From assembly GCA_049852185.1 (NCBI GenBank), contig CP187540.1: DNA of 64,000 bases, one strand, 5' to 3'. Below the pieces are notes generated by a model. That model made no database searches, was not told where the DNA came from, and saw only the letters and a list, made by a program, of their open reading frames with translations. The position numbers and the translations under genes were made by a program. Of this stretch, positions 63,439-64,000 are shown piece by piece (position 1 is the stretch's first letter; every line of letters begins with the position of its first letter). Origin of the DNA: Methanocaldococcus sp. 28A. Lineage in GTDB: Archaea; AGJL01; Methanococci; Methanococcales; Methanocaldococcaceae.

Positions 63439-64000
63439 TTATTTAAATCTTGTTAATATAAATCCAAAAATAACTCCTACTATCACTCCAAATACTAAAT
63501 AAAGAATATCCGTTTCTATATTATTAGAATTGACCTTTTTTTCAACAATTATCTTAACAACAGGCTGATATTCAGTTACATTAATCTCTTTAACAATAAC
63601 TTCTGGCCCATTAACATTTGGGGTTATATATATTCTGTTTACTATGGTAGAAGGTGAGGTAGTTCCCAAAGATACATCTTCTTCTTTTAAATTTTGGATA
63701 GATATGTTTGTTAAACTTCCTATTCCTTTAATAATAACCTTTGCTCCAAAAAATTCAGTACTAGGATACTTTTTCCATTGAAGAGTTTGATACTCTTCAT
63801 ATGAATTTATGCCATTGTATGCATATCCTAATGCTGAACTAATAGACCCTGAAATATTTAATTGAGTTTCTCCTTCCTTAATTGGAACAAACATTATTTC
63901 TCCAATACTAAAATCTTCTTCAATAGGGTTTTTAAAAACGATTTTTAGTGAGAACGTCCCATTTTTGAAATCATAAGATTTTAGCATACCCTCTTTATTA
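63439..64000 (-). CDS. Cohesin-like membrane-anchored surface protein, 5' end outside the window
   Basis: Frame stays open to the window edge; IGEIMF...KEGETQL strand pattern; C-terminal TM helix + RFK. Confidence 0.6.
   Translation of the reverse strand, partial: NKEGMLKSYDFKNGTFSLKIVFKNPIEEDFSIGEIMFVPIKEGETQLNISGSISSALGYAYNGINSYEEYQTLQWKKYPSTEFFGAKVIIKGIGSLTNISIQNLKEEDVSLGTTSPSTIVNRIYITPNVNGPEVIVKEINVTEYQPVVKIIVEKKVNSNNIETDILYLVFGVIVGVIFGFILTRFK

Overview
AT-rich archaeal chromosomal window. The gene content (fwd operon, mtxX, methanogenesis marker 12, trm56, aglB, PAN, split carB) and the GGTGA-type ribosome-binding sites point to a Methanocaldococcus-like methanogen. Most of the window is housekeeping genes. 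Four accessory patches stand out. (1) 1.56-2.0 kb: an NTPase gene stub, a GC-rich three-hairpin element resembling a tnpB 3' end/HgcC-type RNA, and a MITE. (2) 11.0-26.8 kb: an integrase-free defence island between tatD and carB2. It carries a DUF1156 methylase/DUF499 ATPase/DUF3780-like/SNF2-DUF3883 'restriction-like' system, bracketed by two PUA-like reader genes (DUF365, EVE) and punctuated by near-identical archaeal ATPase paralogues. It is interrupted by a tightly coupled three-gene module (Panacea-like+UPF0175 protein, PIN nuclease, divergent TGT-like barrel), which is my best candidate for an undescribed system. (3) 39.1-43.5 kb: an IS701-like element whose inverted repeats match local MITEs, a shattered tnpB, a stand-alone FIST gene and an orphan binding protein. 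(4) 58.3-64 kb: PIP-CTERM protein, ferredoxin, radical SAM enzyme, metal-chelate ABC ATPase and cohesin/PKD surface proteins. I saw no CRISPR array, tRNA or rRNA. All family calls come from motif recognition by eye; no database searches were run.
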